A stretch of 32,000 nt of DNA, taken from positions 810,001-842,000 of the forward strand of contig CP006915.1 of assembly GCA_000503915.1 (NCBI GenBank), given 5' to 3'. A model generated the notes under the pieces. That model did no database searches and was not told the origin of the DNA. It saw only the letters and a program-made list of their open reading frames with translations. How positions within the stretch are numbered: the stretch's first letter is position 1; the number at the start of each line of letters is the position of its first letter. The position numbers and the translations under genes are program-made. This DNA is from Candidatus Saccharimonadota bacterium. GTDB lineage: Bacteria; Patescibacteriota; Saccharimonadia; Saccharimonadales; Saccharimonadaceae. Shown here piece by piece: positions 15,915-24,408 of this stretch.

Positions 15915-18008
15915 CTATTTTAGTCCGTTTGTTGTGTTAAGATCGACTCGTCTAAGAAGCTGAGCGTTCAGTGCGACGATGACCGTCGAAGCTGACATGA
16001 GTACTGCACCAACGGCAGGAGCGAGCACGATGCCTGCACCGTATAAGATACCGGCAGCAAGTGGTATGGCGAAGAGGTTATAGCCGGTTGCCCAGGCTAA
16101 GTTCTGCACCATCTTAGTGTACGTCTTCTTTGACAGGTTGATCACTTTGACAACATCACTCGGGTCACTTTTTACCAAAATGATGTCGGCTGATTTTATC
16201 GCCACGTCGGTACCGGCACCAATCGCAATGCCGATGTCGGCCTGCGTCAGGGCAGGCGCGTCGTTGATGCCATCGCCAACCATGGCCACCTTTTGTCCGT
16301 TTTTCTGCAAAGCTTTAACTTTGGCGGCCTTGTCTTCCGGCCTCACTTCGGCAAAATACTCATCCAAGCCGAGCTGCTCCGCGACACTGGCCGCAACTTC
16401 ATTGCTATCGCCAGTGATCATAGCGGTTTTTATACCCAATGCTTTGAGTGCTTGAACAGTTTGCTTACTTTCAGCCCGTACCATATCGGCAAGCGCTAGC
16501 GCACCGACGACGGTCGAATTGGTCATGAGATATACCTCGGTCTTGCCCTCTTTGGCCGCCTGTTTGACTGCTTTAGCGATTTCGGTCGGTACGGTTAGTT
16601 GATGTTCCTCGATATAGCGGTAACTGGCCGCAATATACACGTCGCTGCCGTGCAAGGTACCTTGTACACCCACGCCGGGCAGAGCCGTAAAGTTCGTAAC
16701 TTTATCGAGGTGTACGCCTAGCTCTTCGGCCTTGCGGACAATACCCTTCCCAACAATGTGCTCGCTATTTTGTTCCAGGCTGGCTGTCAGGTGTACGATG
16801 TCTTCTTTGCTATAGCCTTTTGCTGCCCAGATATCAGTGACACCATGCTCGCCCTTAGTGAGCGTGCCGGTTTTATCAAATAACACCCAGTCTAGTTTGC
16901 GAGCCGATTCAAGCGCCAGACGTTTGCGAATGAGTAGTCCATTGCGAGCCGACAAAGCACTCGATATTGAGACAACAAGCGGTATGGCCAGTCCCAGCGC
17001 ATGCGGACAGGCGATGATCAGCACTGTCACCGAGCGCTCAAGCGCAAAGCCAGCATCCTTCGCGATAAGCCAATAAAGAAAGGTAACGACTGCAGTCACG
17101 ATAGCGATAATCGTCAGATAAAATGCCGCTTTGTCGGCCAATATTTGCACGTTGGATTTTGACTTCCCCGCTTCAGCCACGAGGCGCATGATGCCGGCCA
17201 GTGCCGTATCCGCGCCGAGCTTCGCTACTTTGACCGTGAGCGAACCGTCTTGGTTGCTCGTACCGGCGACTACTTCGTCGCCACTCATTTTGCTGACGGG
17301 CTTGCTCTCACCGGTGATGGCCGCTTCGTCGACCGACGAACTCCCTTCCGTGATCACGCCGTCTACCGGGATACTAGAGCCAGGGCGTATCAGTACCAGA
17401 TCGCCGACTTTCAACGTGCTTACCAGCACTTGCTTCGGTTGGCCGTCAACTAGTTTTTCCGCCATGTCAGGGAGGAGTTTCGCGATCGCATCAAGCGCAC
17501 TTTCGGCCTTGGCGACCGACGCCATCTCCAGCCAGTGTCCGAGCAGCATGATCGTCACTAAGGTTGCTAGCTCCCAGAAAAAGCCGTCGCCCTTGATCAC
17601 AAATAACGTCGCGACACTATAGCCATACGCGGTAATAATCGCTAGGCTGATCAATGTCATCATGCCCGGAAGCTTAGCTTTTAGTTCGCCCCACGCCCCT
17701 TTTATAAATACTAGGCCGCCGTAAAAGAAAATGATGGTACTAAGTATGAACGGCACGTACTGTGAACCCGGAAAGGCTGGCGGCGCGAAGTGAAACCACT
17801 GTTGGATCATTTCCGAATAGGCCAGTACCGGCAACGTCAGTGCTAGACTCAGCCAAAACCGATCCTTAAACATCGCTACAGAATGGCCAGCATGCTTGTC
17901 GTGCTCCTGGTGTTCATGGTGTTCGTGATGTTCGTGATGTTCGTGATGTTCGTGACCGCTAGGATGATGTGCTTGGTGTTGATGTGTCTGGTGCGAGTGG
18001 TGCATCAC
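15915..18008 (-). CDS. copB: Copper-translocating P1B-type ATPase (CopB-like) with a His-rich N-terminus and a CPH motif
   Basis: N-terminus HEHHEHHEHHEHHEHQEH, TM CPH motif IIACPHALGLAIP, DKTGTLT, MITGD, GDGINDAP. Confidence 0.9.
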   Translation of the reverse strand: MMHHSHQTHQHQAHHPSGHEHHEHHEHHEHHEHQEHDKHAGHSVAMFKDRFWLSLALTLPVLAYSEMIQQWFHFAPPAFPGSQYVPFILSTIIFFYGGLVFIKGAWGELKAKLPGMMTLISLAIITAYGYSVATLFVIKGDGFFWELATLVTIMLLGHWLEMASVAKAESALDAIAKLLPDMAEKLVDGQPKQVLVSTLKVGDLVLIRPGSSIPVDGVITEGSSSVDEAAITGESKPVSKMSGDEVVAGTSNQDGSLTVKVAKLGADTALAGIMRLVAEAGKSKSNVQILADKAAFYLTIIAIVTAVVTFLYWLIAKDAGFALERSVTVLIIACPHALGLAIPLVVSISSALSARNGLLIRKRLALESARKLDWVLFDKTGTLTKGEHGVTDIWAAKGYSKEDIVHLTASLEQNSEHIVGKGIVRKAEELGVHLDKVTNFTALPGVGVQGTLHGSDVYIAASYRYIEEHQLTVPTEIAKAVKQAAKEGKTEVYLMTNSTVVGALALADMVRAESKQTVQALKALGIKTAMITGDSNEVAASVAEQLGLDEYFAEVRPEDKAAKVKALQKNGQKVAMVGDGINDAPALTQADIGIAIGAGTDVAIKSADIILVKSDPSDVVKVINLSKKTYTKMVQNLAWATGYNLFAIPLAAGILYGAGIVLAPAVGAVLMSASTVIVALNAQLLRRVDLNTTNGLK

Positions 18009-18159
18009 TACCGCCTTTCTTGCCCTGCTGGGCTTCGATTGAATGTTTTGTTATATCAAGGCTACAGCTTTTATGCTCATGACACCAAGCCTCGCATTGT
18101 TTTGCCATGTCCTCATCGCTGTAATGCAAGCCACATTCGGGACACTGATAGACCTGCAT
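17959..18159 (-). CDS. Small Cys-rich (zinc-ribbon-like) protein between csoR and copB
   Basis: MQVYQCPECGLHYSDEDMAKQCEAWCHEHKSC. It starts 1 nt after the csoR stop. Its tail overlaps the annotated copB start by 50 nt, so one of the two boundaries is uncertain. Confidence 0.45.
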   Translation of the reverse strand: MQVYQCPECGLHYSDEDMAKQCEAWCHEHKSCSLDITKHSIEAQQGKKGGSDAPLAPDTSTPSTSS

Positions 18160-18160
18160 C

Positions 18161-18445
18161 CTACTTACTCCTCACGTTTGATAATTCATAAAGTGCCAGT
18201 AGCTCTGCGATTACTTTCTCCTGCTCTTTTTCCGAGCTGGCATGAATACTCTCCTTGACATGAGTTCGCACATGGTTCTCTAGAAGGAGCTTATTGAGTG
18301 ACCCAATCGATTTTTGAATAGCTAGATTTTGCGTCAGGATATCCATGCAATAGTCTTCGTTTTCGATCATCTTTTGGACACCGCGCATTTGCCCCTCGAG
18401 TATCCGAGTGCGGTGCATGGCACGTCTCTTTATATCACTAATCAT
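18161..18445 (-). CDS. csoR: CsoR/RcnR-family metal-sensing repressor
   Basis: RILEGQMRGVQKMIENEDYCMDILTQNLAIQKSI..LLENHV is the DUF156 pattern with the conserved Cys/His. Confidence 0.88.
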   Translation of the reverse strand: MISDIKRRAMHRTRILEGQMRGVQKMIENEDYCMDILTQNLAIQKSIGSLNKLLLENHVRTHVKESIHASSEKEQEKVIAELLALYELSNVRSK

Positions 18446-18455
18446 ACATACAAGT

Positions 18456-18478
18456 ATAATACCCGGGTGGGGTATTAT
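18456..18478. promoter_or_regulatory. CsoR-type operator overlapping the csoR operon promoter
   Basis: Perfect inverted repeat ATAATACCC-gggtg-GGGTATTAT (the TACCC..GGGTA type). On the minus strand it overlaps TATAAT and TATTAT -10-like boxes. Confidence 0.65.
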
Positions 18479-18516
18479 ACAAGTACGATTTTTTAGATTC
18501 TACTAATTTGTAGTGG

Positions 18517-18840
18517 CTAGACTATTCGTCGCTTTGCGGCGTAGGCGGAAAAGTGATTGACGGCGTTAAGTAGCGGGATTGCTTCCATCCCGAGATCGGT
18601 CAGACTGTAAGCGACATCAGCTCGAGAAGTTTCGGTACGTGTCACCAAGCCACTTTCTTGCATATCTTTTAAGCGCTTCGAAAGCGTTGCGGTGTTAACA
18701 CCCTCGAGCTGGCGCTCCAACTGATTGAAGCGGAGTGCACTGCCATCGGAGAGTTCGTCGATTACCCGCAATGTCCAATAATCACTCAATATTTTGAGGC
18801 TTGGCAGGCAGATTGGCTGTTTTGTTTGAAGAGTTGTCAT
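18517..18840 (-). CDS. HxlR-family winged-helix transcriptional regulator
   Basis: LSDYWTLRVIDELSDGSALRFNQLERQLEGVNTATLSKRLKDMQESGLV. It is divergent from the oxidoreductase gene. Confidence 0.8.
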   Translation of the reverse strand: MTTLQTKQPICLPSLKILSDYWTLRVIDELSDGSALRFNQLERQLEGVNTATLSKRLKDMQESGLVTRTETSRADVAYSLTDLGMEAIPLLNAVNHFSAYAAKRRIV

Positions 18841-18922
18841 AAAATACTTGCTTTAATAATTAAAGTACTCTATACTTAAAAGTACTACATAAATCATAGC
18901 ACTAAAGAATAGGAGAGTCAAT

Positions 18923-19555
18923 ATGAATATAACGATTATTGGAAATGGCAACATGGCGAAAGGTATCGCTACTCGCCTCGTCAGTGGCGGACACAAGGTT
19001 ACGATTCACGCCCACGACGAGGCCAAAGGTAATGAACTAGTCGCCCACCTAAAGACGGTCAACCCGTCAGCCGACGTTAGCGTCGCCACAGTCGGCAGCA
19101 GCGTCGATGATATCGCCATCCTTGCTACCCCCTATACCGAGACCGAGACTATCGCCAAGCAGTACGACGGATTTGCGGGCAAGACCGTCATTGATATTAC
19201 TAATCCGGTTGATTTCAATACGTTCCAGCTCATCCCAGAGCCTGGCCAGTCCGGCGCCGAGGAGATTGCTAAACTACTTCCCCAAGCTACGGTGGTCAAA
19301 GCTTTCAATACTACCCTGGCCGGAGCGCTTGAGGCTGGTAAAATTGATGGCAAAGAGCTCGATGTATTTATCGCTGGTGACGACGAAACTGCTAAAAAGC
19401 AAGTTAGCGAACTGATCAAAAACAGTGGCATGCGCCCTATTGACGTTGGCCCGCTGGCTAATGCTCGACACCTGGAAGGCTTCGGCTTAATCCAAATGGC
19501 AGTGCAGGATCAAATCGGCACCAACTGGATGAGCTCGCTTAAGTTTCTTGGGTAA
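18923..19555 (+). CDS. NAD(P)-binding oxidoreductase (NADPH-dependent F420 reductase / P5C-reductase-like fold)
   Basis: N-terminal Rossmann motif MNITIIGNGNMAKGIATRL. About 210 aa, and a typical HxlR-partner gene. SD AGGAG lies upstream. Confidence 0.7.
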   Translation: MNITIIGNGNMAKGIATRLVSGGHKVTIHAHDEAKGNELVAHLKTVNPSADVSVATVGSSVDDIAILATPYTETETIAKQYDGFAGKTVIDITNPVDFNTFQLIPEPGQSGAEEIAKLLPQATVVKAFNTTLAGALEAGKIDGKELDVFIAGDDETAKKQVSELIKNSGMRPIDVGPLANARHLEGFGLIQMAVQDQIGTNWMSSLKFLG

Positions 19556-19578
19556 TAAGCCTGCTCAACAGATTGTGA

Positions 19579-19606
19579 AAAACCGGACTGCATGTCCGGT
19601 TTTTTC
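19579..19606. terminator. Bidirectional terminator between convergent genes
   Basis: AAAAACCGGAC-tgcat-GTCCGGTTTTTT. Confidence 0.7.
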
Positions 19607-19649
19607 GTAGTGCAGGCTAATCACCTGAACGATGCATTGCCCTGGTCGA

Positions 19650-21887
19650 CTAGTCAATAGGGATACGAGGAATGATCTTTCCTATCCAAGCCGGAAGCCA
19701 CCAAGCCTTCTTGCCCATCAGGCGCATCACTGCCGGAACAATCGTCATCCTCACCAGGAACGCGTCAATAAAGACACCGACCGCCAGCGCGAAACCGAGT
19801 GCTTGGACGACGCTATTGTCGTTTGTAATAAAGCCAGCGAAGACTGCGACCATGATCAGCGCCGCTGCCGTCACGACTTTACTCCCATGGCTGAAGCCGT
19901 TTATGATGGCCTTTTGAGGATCGTCCGTATGCTCATGCGCTTCACGTATACTCGAGACGAGGAAAAATTGATAGTCCATCGCCAGACCAAAGAGGATGCC
20001 GAGTGCCATTAGTGGTAGGAAGCTAACGATCGGCGCCGGCGCTTCGGCAATGCCAAACCAACCCCACTGGAATACTGCCACCAGCGCGCCGAACATCGCC
20101 GCTACCGACAACAAGTAGCCGAGCGTTGCTTTGATTGGGATCAGTATAGAGCGAAAGGCGATAACGAGTAGCAACAGCGATAGGCCGACAACAACGGCGA
20201 GATACACCGGTAGAGCGCTGGCCAGCTTGTCGTTGATATCAATGAGCATAGCGGTACTGCCAGTAACGGTAAACGTCGCACCTTTTAGCCATTTCTGCTG
20301 ATTGTCTTGATCACGTAGGGCGTTTATAAGATCGGTCGTAGCCTTATCGGAAGGACCGGAGCTGGGAATAACCTGCAGTACACCGACGGTACCATCCTCG
20401 TTGATCATTGTCGGCAGTACCGTCTCGACATTGTTAAGCTTGGCAACCTCATTGCCGACTTTTGTCAGATGGAGGCGCTTGCCATACTCTTCAGCCTGAG
20501 CAGCTGAAATTTGCCCGGCTTTGGCTTGGTTCTGGGTTTTAGCGGCAACCAGCTCGGCGCTACTGACAGGCTCGAGCCCTTCAACCACCACCATGAGCGG
20601 CGCATTGTAACCTTCACCAAAGCTTTTGGTTACCGTATCGTAGGCTTTACGCTCGGTCGTATCCGCGGCAGCATATTGGTCGGTAGACATGCCTAGCTCC
20701 AGGGAGGGGGCAGGTAGCGCGATGGCGACAATGACGATCAGTGCCGCAAAAATGGCGACGAGCGGACGCTTCGTAACCAGCACACCCCATTTGTACCAAA
20801 TATGTTTTCGCTCGTCGGTGGCATTATTTGCCTGAGCCGTGTCAGCTTTTCGCCTTTGCCGTTTGTGTATAATTTTCGAGCCGGCCAGCCGGAATAATGC
20901 CGGCAGGATAGTGATCGCCATTACCGCGGCAGCAGCTACAGCGGCAGCGGCAGTCAGCCCCATCGTTGTAATGAAAGGTATCCCGACGACGCTCAGTGCC
21001 GCCAGTGCGATTAGCACCGTGGCAGCAGCAAATATGACGGCATTGCCGGCAGTCATAGTCGCCCGTATAGCCGCCTTTTTGCGAGCCATACCATCACTCA
21101 GGTAGCTACGGTAACGACTGATAATAAATAACGAGTAGTCTATACCTACGGCGATACCGAGCATCGCTCCGATCGCTGGCGTCGATGTGTTGACATCGAT
21201 AACCTGACTCAACCCAAACAGCCCCGCCATTGTCGCGCCAACTGCCGTAAAGGCAATCAGCAGCGGCATACCGGCTGCCACCAATGACCCGAACGTCACT
21301 ATGAGCACCAAGAACGCCACAAGTACACCGACCGCTTCACCAGCGCCTAGTGGTTGGTGCGAGAACTTGTTAACCAAGTCACCGCCAGTCTCTATGGCTA
21401 TACCCTCGCCTCTCGCGTCATCGACGATCGACTGAACTTGGTCGGTGGTAGATTTTTCGATTGCACCGGATTCTTCAACTAGCTGCACCTGGATAAGTGC
21501 GGCTTTTTTATCCTGGCTGATAGCGCTCGGATTTTCAAAGGGGTTCACCGCCCGCTTTACACCCTCAACTTCTGAAACGTCTTTAGTTAACGTGGTGATT
21601 TGACTTTTATAGCTCATAACCGTGCTATCACCAGCAACCGAAACGACGATACTACCAGCACTTTTGCCGGATTCTGGGAAATACTTGCTCATTGTCTCGA
21701 CTCCGGTTTGTGCCTCAGTGCCAGGTACGGTCATAGCGTTGCCCGGCGCCTTGTAAAAGGTAGCTGCCGCTATCGCCAATAGTGCGACCACGACGACCCA
21801 GGCGAGAATTGTTCGCCACGGATGTTCAAAACTAAATTTACCGATCTGTTTTAGTAATTTTTGCAATTGTTCCTCCTGTTTTTTCAA
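19650..21887 (-). CDS. MMPL-family (RND superfamily) membrane transporter
   Basis: 745 aa with two blocks of about 6 TM separated by soluble loops; GIDYSLFIISRY and GLAMDYQFFLVSSIRE are MMPL signatures. Confidence 0.85.
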   Translation of the reverse strand: MKKQEEQLQKLLKQIGKFSFEHPWRTILAWVVVVALLAIAAATFYKAPGNAMTVPGTEAQTGVETMSKYFPESGKSAGSIVVSVAGDSTVMSYKSQITTLTKDVSEVEGVKRAVNPFENPSAISQDKKAALIQVQLVEESGAIEKSTTDQVQSIVDDARGEGIAIETGGDLVNKFSHQPLGAGEAVGVLVAFLVLIVTFGSLVAAGMPLLIAFTAVGATMAGLFGLSQVIDVNTSTPAIGAMLGIAVGIDYSLFIISRYRSYLSDGMARKKAAIRATMTAGNAVIFAAATVLIALAALSVVGIPFITTMGLTAAAAVAAAAVMAITILPALFRLAGSKIIHKRQRRKADTAQANNATDERKHIWYKWGVLVTKRPLVAIFAALIVIVAIALPAPSLELGMSTDQYAAADTTERKAYDTVTKSFGEGYNAPLMVVVEGLEPVSSAELVAAKTQNQAKAGQISAAQAEEYGKRLHLTKVGNEVAKLNNVETVLPTMINEDGTVGVLQVIPSSGPSDKATTDLINALRDQDNQQKWLKGATFTVTGSTAMLIDINDKLASALPVYLAVVVGLSLLLLVIAFRSILIPIKATLGYLLSVAAMFGALVAVFQWGWFGIAEAPAPIVSFLPLMALGILFGLAMDYQFFLVSSIREAHEHTDDPQKAIINGFSHGSKVVTAAALIMVAVFAGFITNDNSVVQALGFALAVGVFIDAFLVRMTIVPAVMRLMGKKAWWLPAWIGKIIPRIPID

Positions 21888-22188
21888 TATTTTCTAATAA
21901 ACTTATAAATTCGCGGAGTGACTTTAGAGGTGTCGAGTACTGCGGTGTGTAGTAATAATTCACTCCTTTTCGATGTACGGTCAGCAGTCCGGCTTTTTTG
22001 AGAATTTTGATATGGTGCGAGACGGTCGGTCGCGCCAGGCCAGTCCGTTTGGTAAGCTGGGCAACATTTTTTGAGACATCGTCGGACAACAGCAGCATAA
22101 TTTGCTGACGCACCGGGCTTCCGAGCGCGTTGAAAATAGGCAGATTTCGCTGCAGCAATTCCATAGCTCGTAGGTTTTTATTGTCCAT
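21838..22188 (-). CDS. ArsR/SmtB-family transcriptional regulator
   Basis: LGSPVRQQIMLLL...VAQLTKRTGLARPTVSHHIKILKKAGLL. Confidence 0.85.
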   Translation of the reverse strand: MDNKNLRAMELLQRNLPIFNALGSPVRQQIMLLLSDDVSKNVAQLTKRTGLARPTVSHHIKILKKAGLLTVHRKGVNYYYTPQYSTPLKSLREFISLLENIEKTGGTIAKITKTDR

Positions 22189-22194
22189 TCATTA

Positions 22195-22223
22195 ATAGTA
22201 CTACATCGGTCGAAATTTTTCAA
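22195..22223 (-). promoter_or_regulatory. Promoter TTGAAA-17 nt-TACTAT for arsR, leaderless geometry
   Basis: Minus strand reads TTGAAA aatttcgaccgatgtag TACTAT taatga ATG, with the ATG at 22188. Confidence 0.5.
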
Positions 22224-22247
22224 CGTATATAAAAATATCTCCTTTAC

Positions 22248-22374
22248 CTCTTATCCAGGGTTTCACCTTTAACAGATCAAATAAGGCCGGCTTCTATTTT
22301 TGAAGAAACCGGGAGTCATAAATCATACATGCCAATTAAAAAACCGAGGCTAGGCCTCGATGTTTTAATTGGTG
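22248..22374. repeat. Left copy of a ~127-bp direct repeat bracketing the R-M/PurM-like island
   Basis: Aligns by eye at roughly 88-90% identity with 28118-28246: CTCTTAT..CAGGGTyTCACCyTTAACAGATCAAATAAGGCCGGCTTCTATTTTTGAAGAAACCrGGAGTCATAAATCATACAT...AATTAAAAAACCGAGG...CCTCGATGTyTTAATTGGTG. Includes a terminator hairpin. Confidence 0.85.
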
Positions 22375-22474
22375 GAGTTTTACAACTAAGTTCGAGCCGA
22401 ATTTGAGCGCTAGGGCTGAAGCGTAAGCTTGGCCCCGATGCCTGCGGGCGTGTAACGCCCGCTCGTCCCACCAA
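22369..22474. other. GC-rich structured element occupying the tRNA slot next to the left repeat
   Basis: Closed by TTGGTGG/CCACCAA. Internal hairpins are GCGGGCG-ttaca-CGCCCGC and GGGGCC-AAGC-ttac-GCTT-ca-GCCC(T). The minus strand ends CTCCACCA followed by the same downstream sequence as tRNA-Gly(GCC). No cloverleaf could be drawn. Confidence 0.4.
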
Positions 22475-22576
22475 AAAACCCTTTGCCTTATTTTTTATTT
22501 CCCCCACCGAGATTTCTTTTTTAGTTGAAAAGGGTGCCTTCTGGTGGTGGCGTATTGCTTGGCAACTTTGGCGATG

Positions 22577-24406
22577 TTACCTAACGAGATCTGTCGACCA
22601 GTTGTTAAGGATATCCTCTGTGTTCGCAACCCAGACATCGGAGCTTTCTGATGATTCTGCGTTTTCTGCAATGCTCTCGACGAGATTTCGGAGATTATCA
22701 TGAGTAAAGCGTCTGCCAGACTTTCTAATTTGTTTGAGAGTTTTCAGAATTAAGACAAATTGGTTGATTGTGATTGGTGTAATCTTTTGCTTGCTGCCTT
22801 TGTAGCCATGGACATTAGCAATCCAAAATGTTTCGGCACTGTCGGTATGAATCGTCGGTGCGATAAATATACAATAGGCATTTTGATTTGTTGCCTCGAA
22901 GTCTCGGAGGTGTCGCATAACAGGTTGACCTTCGTTGTACCACTGGTCGCGCCCACTGAGCATCGTAACTTCACAAATCATATTGAAGTCGTCGTAGTAA
23001 CACTCTATATCCGCCATGCCGCCAGGAGCAGTAGACGTTGGTTCATTATCATCTCCAACGGGATAGTTCGGCTTTATCTCCTTTGCGTCGTTGAGTGCGT
23101 GTAGTCCCATTGTTGAGAGATATTCTAGGCGTAGCGGTCGATTTTCAGCAGTAAAGATATTTTCTAGCTGCTCAATGTAGTCAGTGATTGATTCAACAGG
23201 TTGCGACTTTACGTGATTATCCTGCTCTTGCAGTTCTTTTCGCAAGGCTCGTAACTCACTAATGTAGTCGTTAAGCTCTGCTTCGCTCATTTCTGAGGTA
23301 TTTTTTACGCTAAGAACTGACAAACCGAGATCTATTTGCAGACTACTAACATCATCGTAAACTTCAGACACTATTCCAGCTAACTTATCTTTAGTTTGCC
23401 ACGGCAAACGTGGCTGACTATCGTCTGACATGTAACCCAAGTACTCATCTTTGTCGATGAACGTCTTTGGCTTGTAAAATGCTGTTTCAAATAGTGACTC
23501 AATCTCCGTATGACGGTTAGGCTCTAAGTCGATATAAAATCCATTACCACGAATACGAATGAACTTTGTAAGGCGGAAGTATCGTATTGCATTATCACCG
23601 TAATCACGTAGATTCTTAAGATGTGTATCTATTTCTTTTTGCACGCTTGAGCCAAGAAAGCTGACAGCAAAGCTACGTCGATAACTATCACGCATTGCCT
23701 TCCTGTCTGCCTTTGTTTTACCTTTTTGAGCCTCTCGGAGCTTCACGATCTCATTTGCATATCTGGATATATCACGGTAATTAATTAGCGTAGGGACAAA
23801 TAAGCAGAACTCTCGTTTGCTAATGCCGACCGACTTATTGCCTCGATCCGACCATAGTTTATTTACCTCACTAATGAGCTTGAGCATTGCCACAAACGGC
23901 ACGACGTCGTATTTGCCATCATCACTGTAGTCATTGCTAGCTGGGTTGGGTATTTGCCACTTAATAAACGACTTAAGGAATACATCGCCAGAATCTTTTT
24001 CACTTGCTATCAGTTTTTGACCAAGCTCTGTGATTTTCAAAATACCATTATCTATGAATGCAAAGCCAAACTTTGTGAGCGGGTTGATTGACTGGCGACC
24101 ACGCATCGAGAAATCTTGATAGTTTTTTGCTTCAATAATGCGGTCGATTATAGTGCCGGTAATCTCAGCATCGACATCGTTAATAGTGGCTACAACATCA
24201 GGAGGCAAACCGTTATAAAACTGCTGACTTCCGTAACCATATAAGCGATTCTTGATGAGTAGTTTTTGATATTCTTTCTGGCTATCTCGATTCCACTCTT
24301 TGCCAACAAGGGGTTGCAAGGCAACTAAAAATGCTCTCAGCCGTTCAGGGCTGCGAACGGTGGTTGATATTGACCACATTTTTGACATAATATCATTATA
24401 TCTCAC
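22577..24406 (-). CDS. Type II (IIS-like) restriction endonuclease, AlwI/MlyI/PleI/N.BstNBI-family candidate
   Basis: About 600 aa, directly downstream of the methylase gene (2-nt gap). The N-terminus WSISTTVRSPERLRAFLVAL resembles what I recall of the AlwI-family N-terminus; this was not verified by search. An alternative ATG start at 24388 (MSKMWSIS) has TATAAT 6 nt upstream. Confidence 0.6.
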   Translation of the reverse strand: MRYNDIMSKMWSISTTVRSPERLRAFLVALQPLVGKEWNRDSQKEYQKLLIKNRLYGYGSQQFYNGLPPDVVATINDVDAEITGTIIDRIIEAKNYQDFSMRGRQSINPLTKFGFAFIDNGILKITELGQKLIASEKDSGDVFLKSFIKWQIPNPASNDYSDDGKYDVVPFVAMLKLISEVNKLWSDRGNKSVGISKREFCLFVPTLINYRDISRYANEIVKLREAQKGKTKADRKAMRDSYRRSFAVSFLGSSVQKEIDTHLKNLRDYGDNAIRYFRLTKFIRIRGNGFYIDLEPNRHTEIESLFETAFYKPKTFIDKDEYLGYMSDDSQPRLPWQTKDKLAGIVSEVYDDVSSLQIDLGLSVLSVKNTSEMSEAELNDYISELRALRKELQEQDNHVKSQPVESITDYIEQLENIFTAENRPLRLEYLSTMGLHALNDAKEIKPNYPVGDDNEPTSTAPGGMADIECYYDDFNMICEVTMLSGRDQWYNEGQPVMRHLRDFEATNQNAYCIFIAPTIHTDSAETFWIANVHGYKGSKQKITPITINQFVLILKTLKQIRKSGRRFTHDNLRNLVESIAENAESSESSDVWVANTEDILNNWSTDLVR

Positions 24407-24408
24407 TG

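Noticed and set aside
17131-17622. A 163-aa plus-strand ORF and several other plus-strand ORFs within 16117-18191.
   Set aside because: They are antisense to the CopB P-type ATPase gene. The products are Ser/Ala/Thr-rich shadow-frame sequence.
17912-17956. Tandem 9-bp repeats as a possible CRISPR or other non-coding repeat array.
   Set aside because: The units are contiguous with no spacers, in frame, and encode the HEHHEHHEH metal-binding tract of CopB.
22369-22474. A tRNA or tRNA pseudogene, because the minus strand ends ...CTCCACCA in the same position as tRNA-Gly relative to the repeat.
   Set aside because: No cloverleaf fits: there is no D-arm or T-arm, the CCA is sequestered in the closing TTGGTGG/CCACCAA helix, and the length is about 106 nt. 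It is kept as an unclassified structured element.
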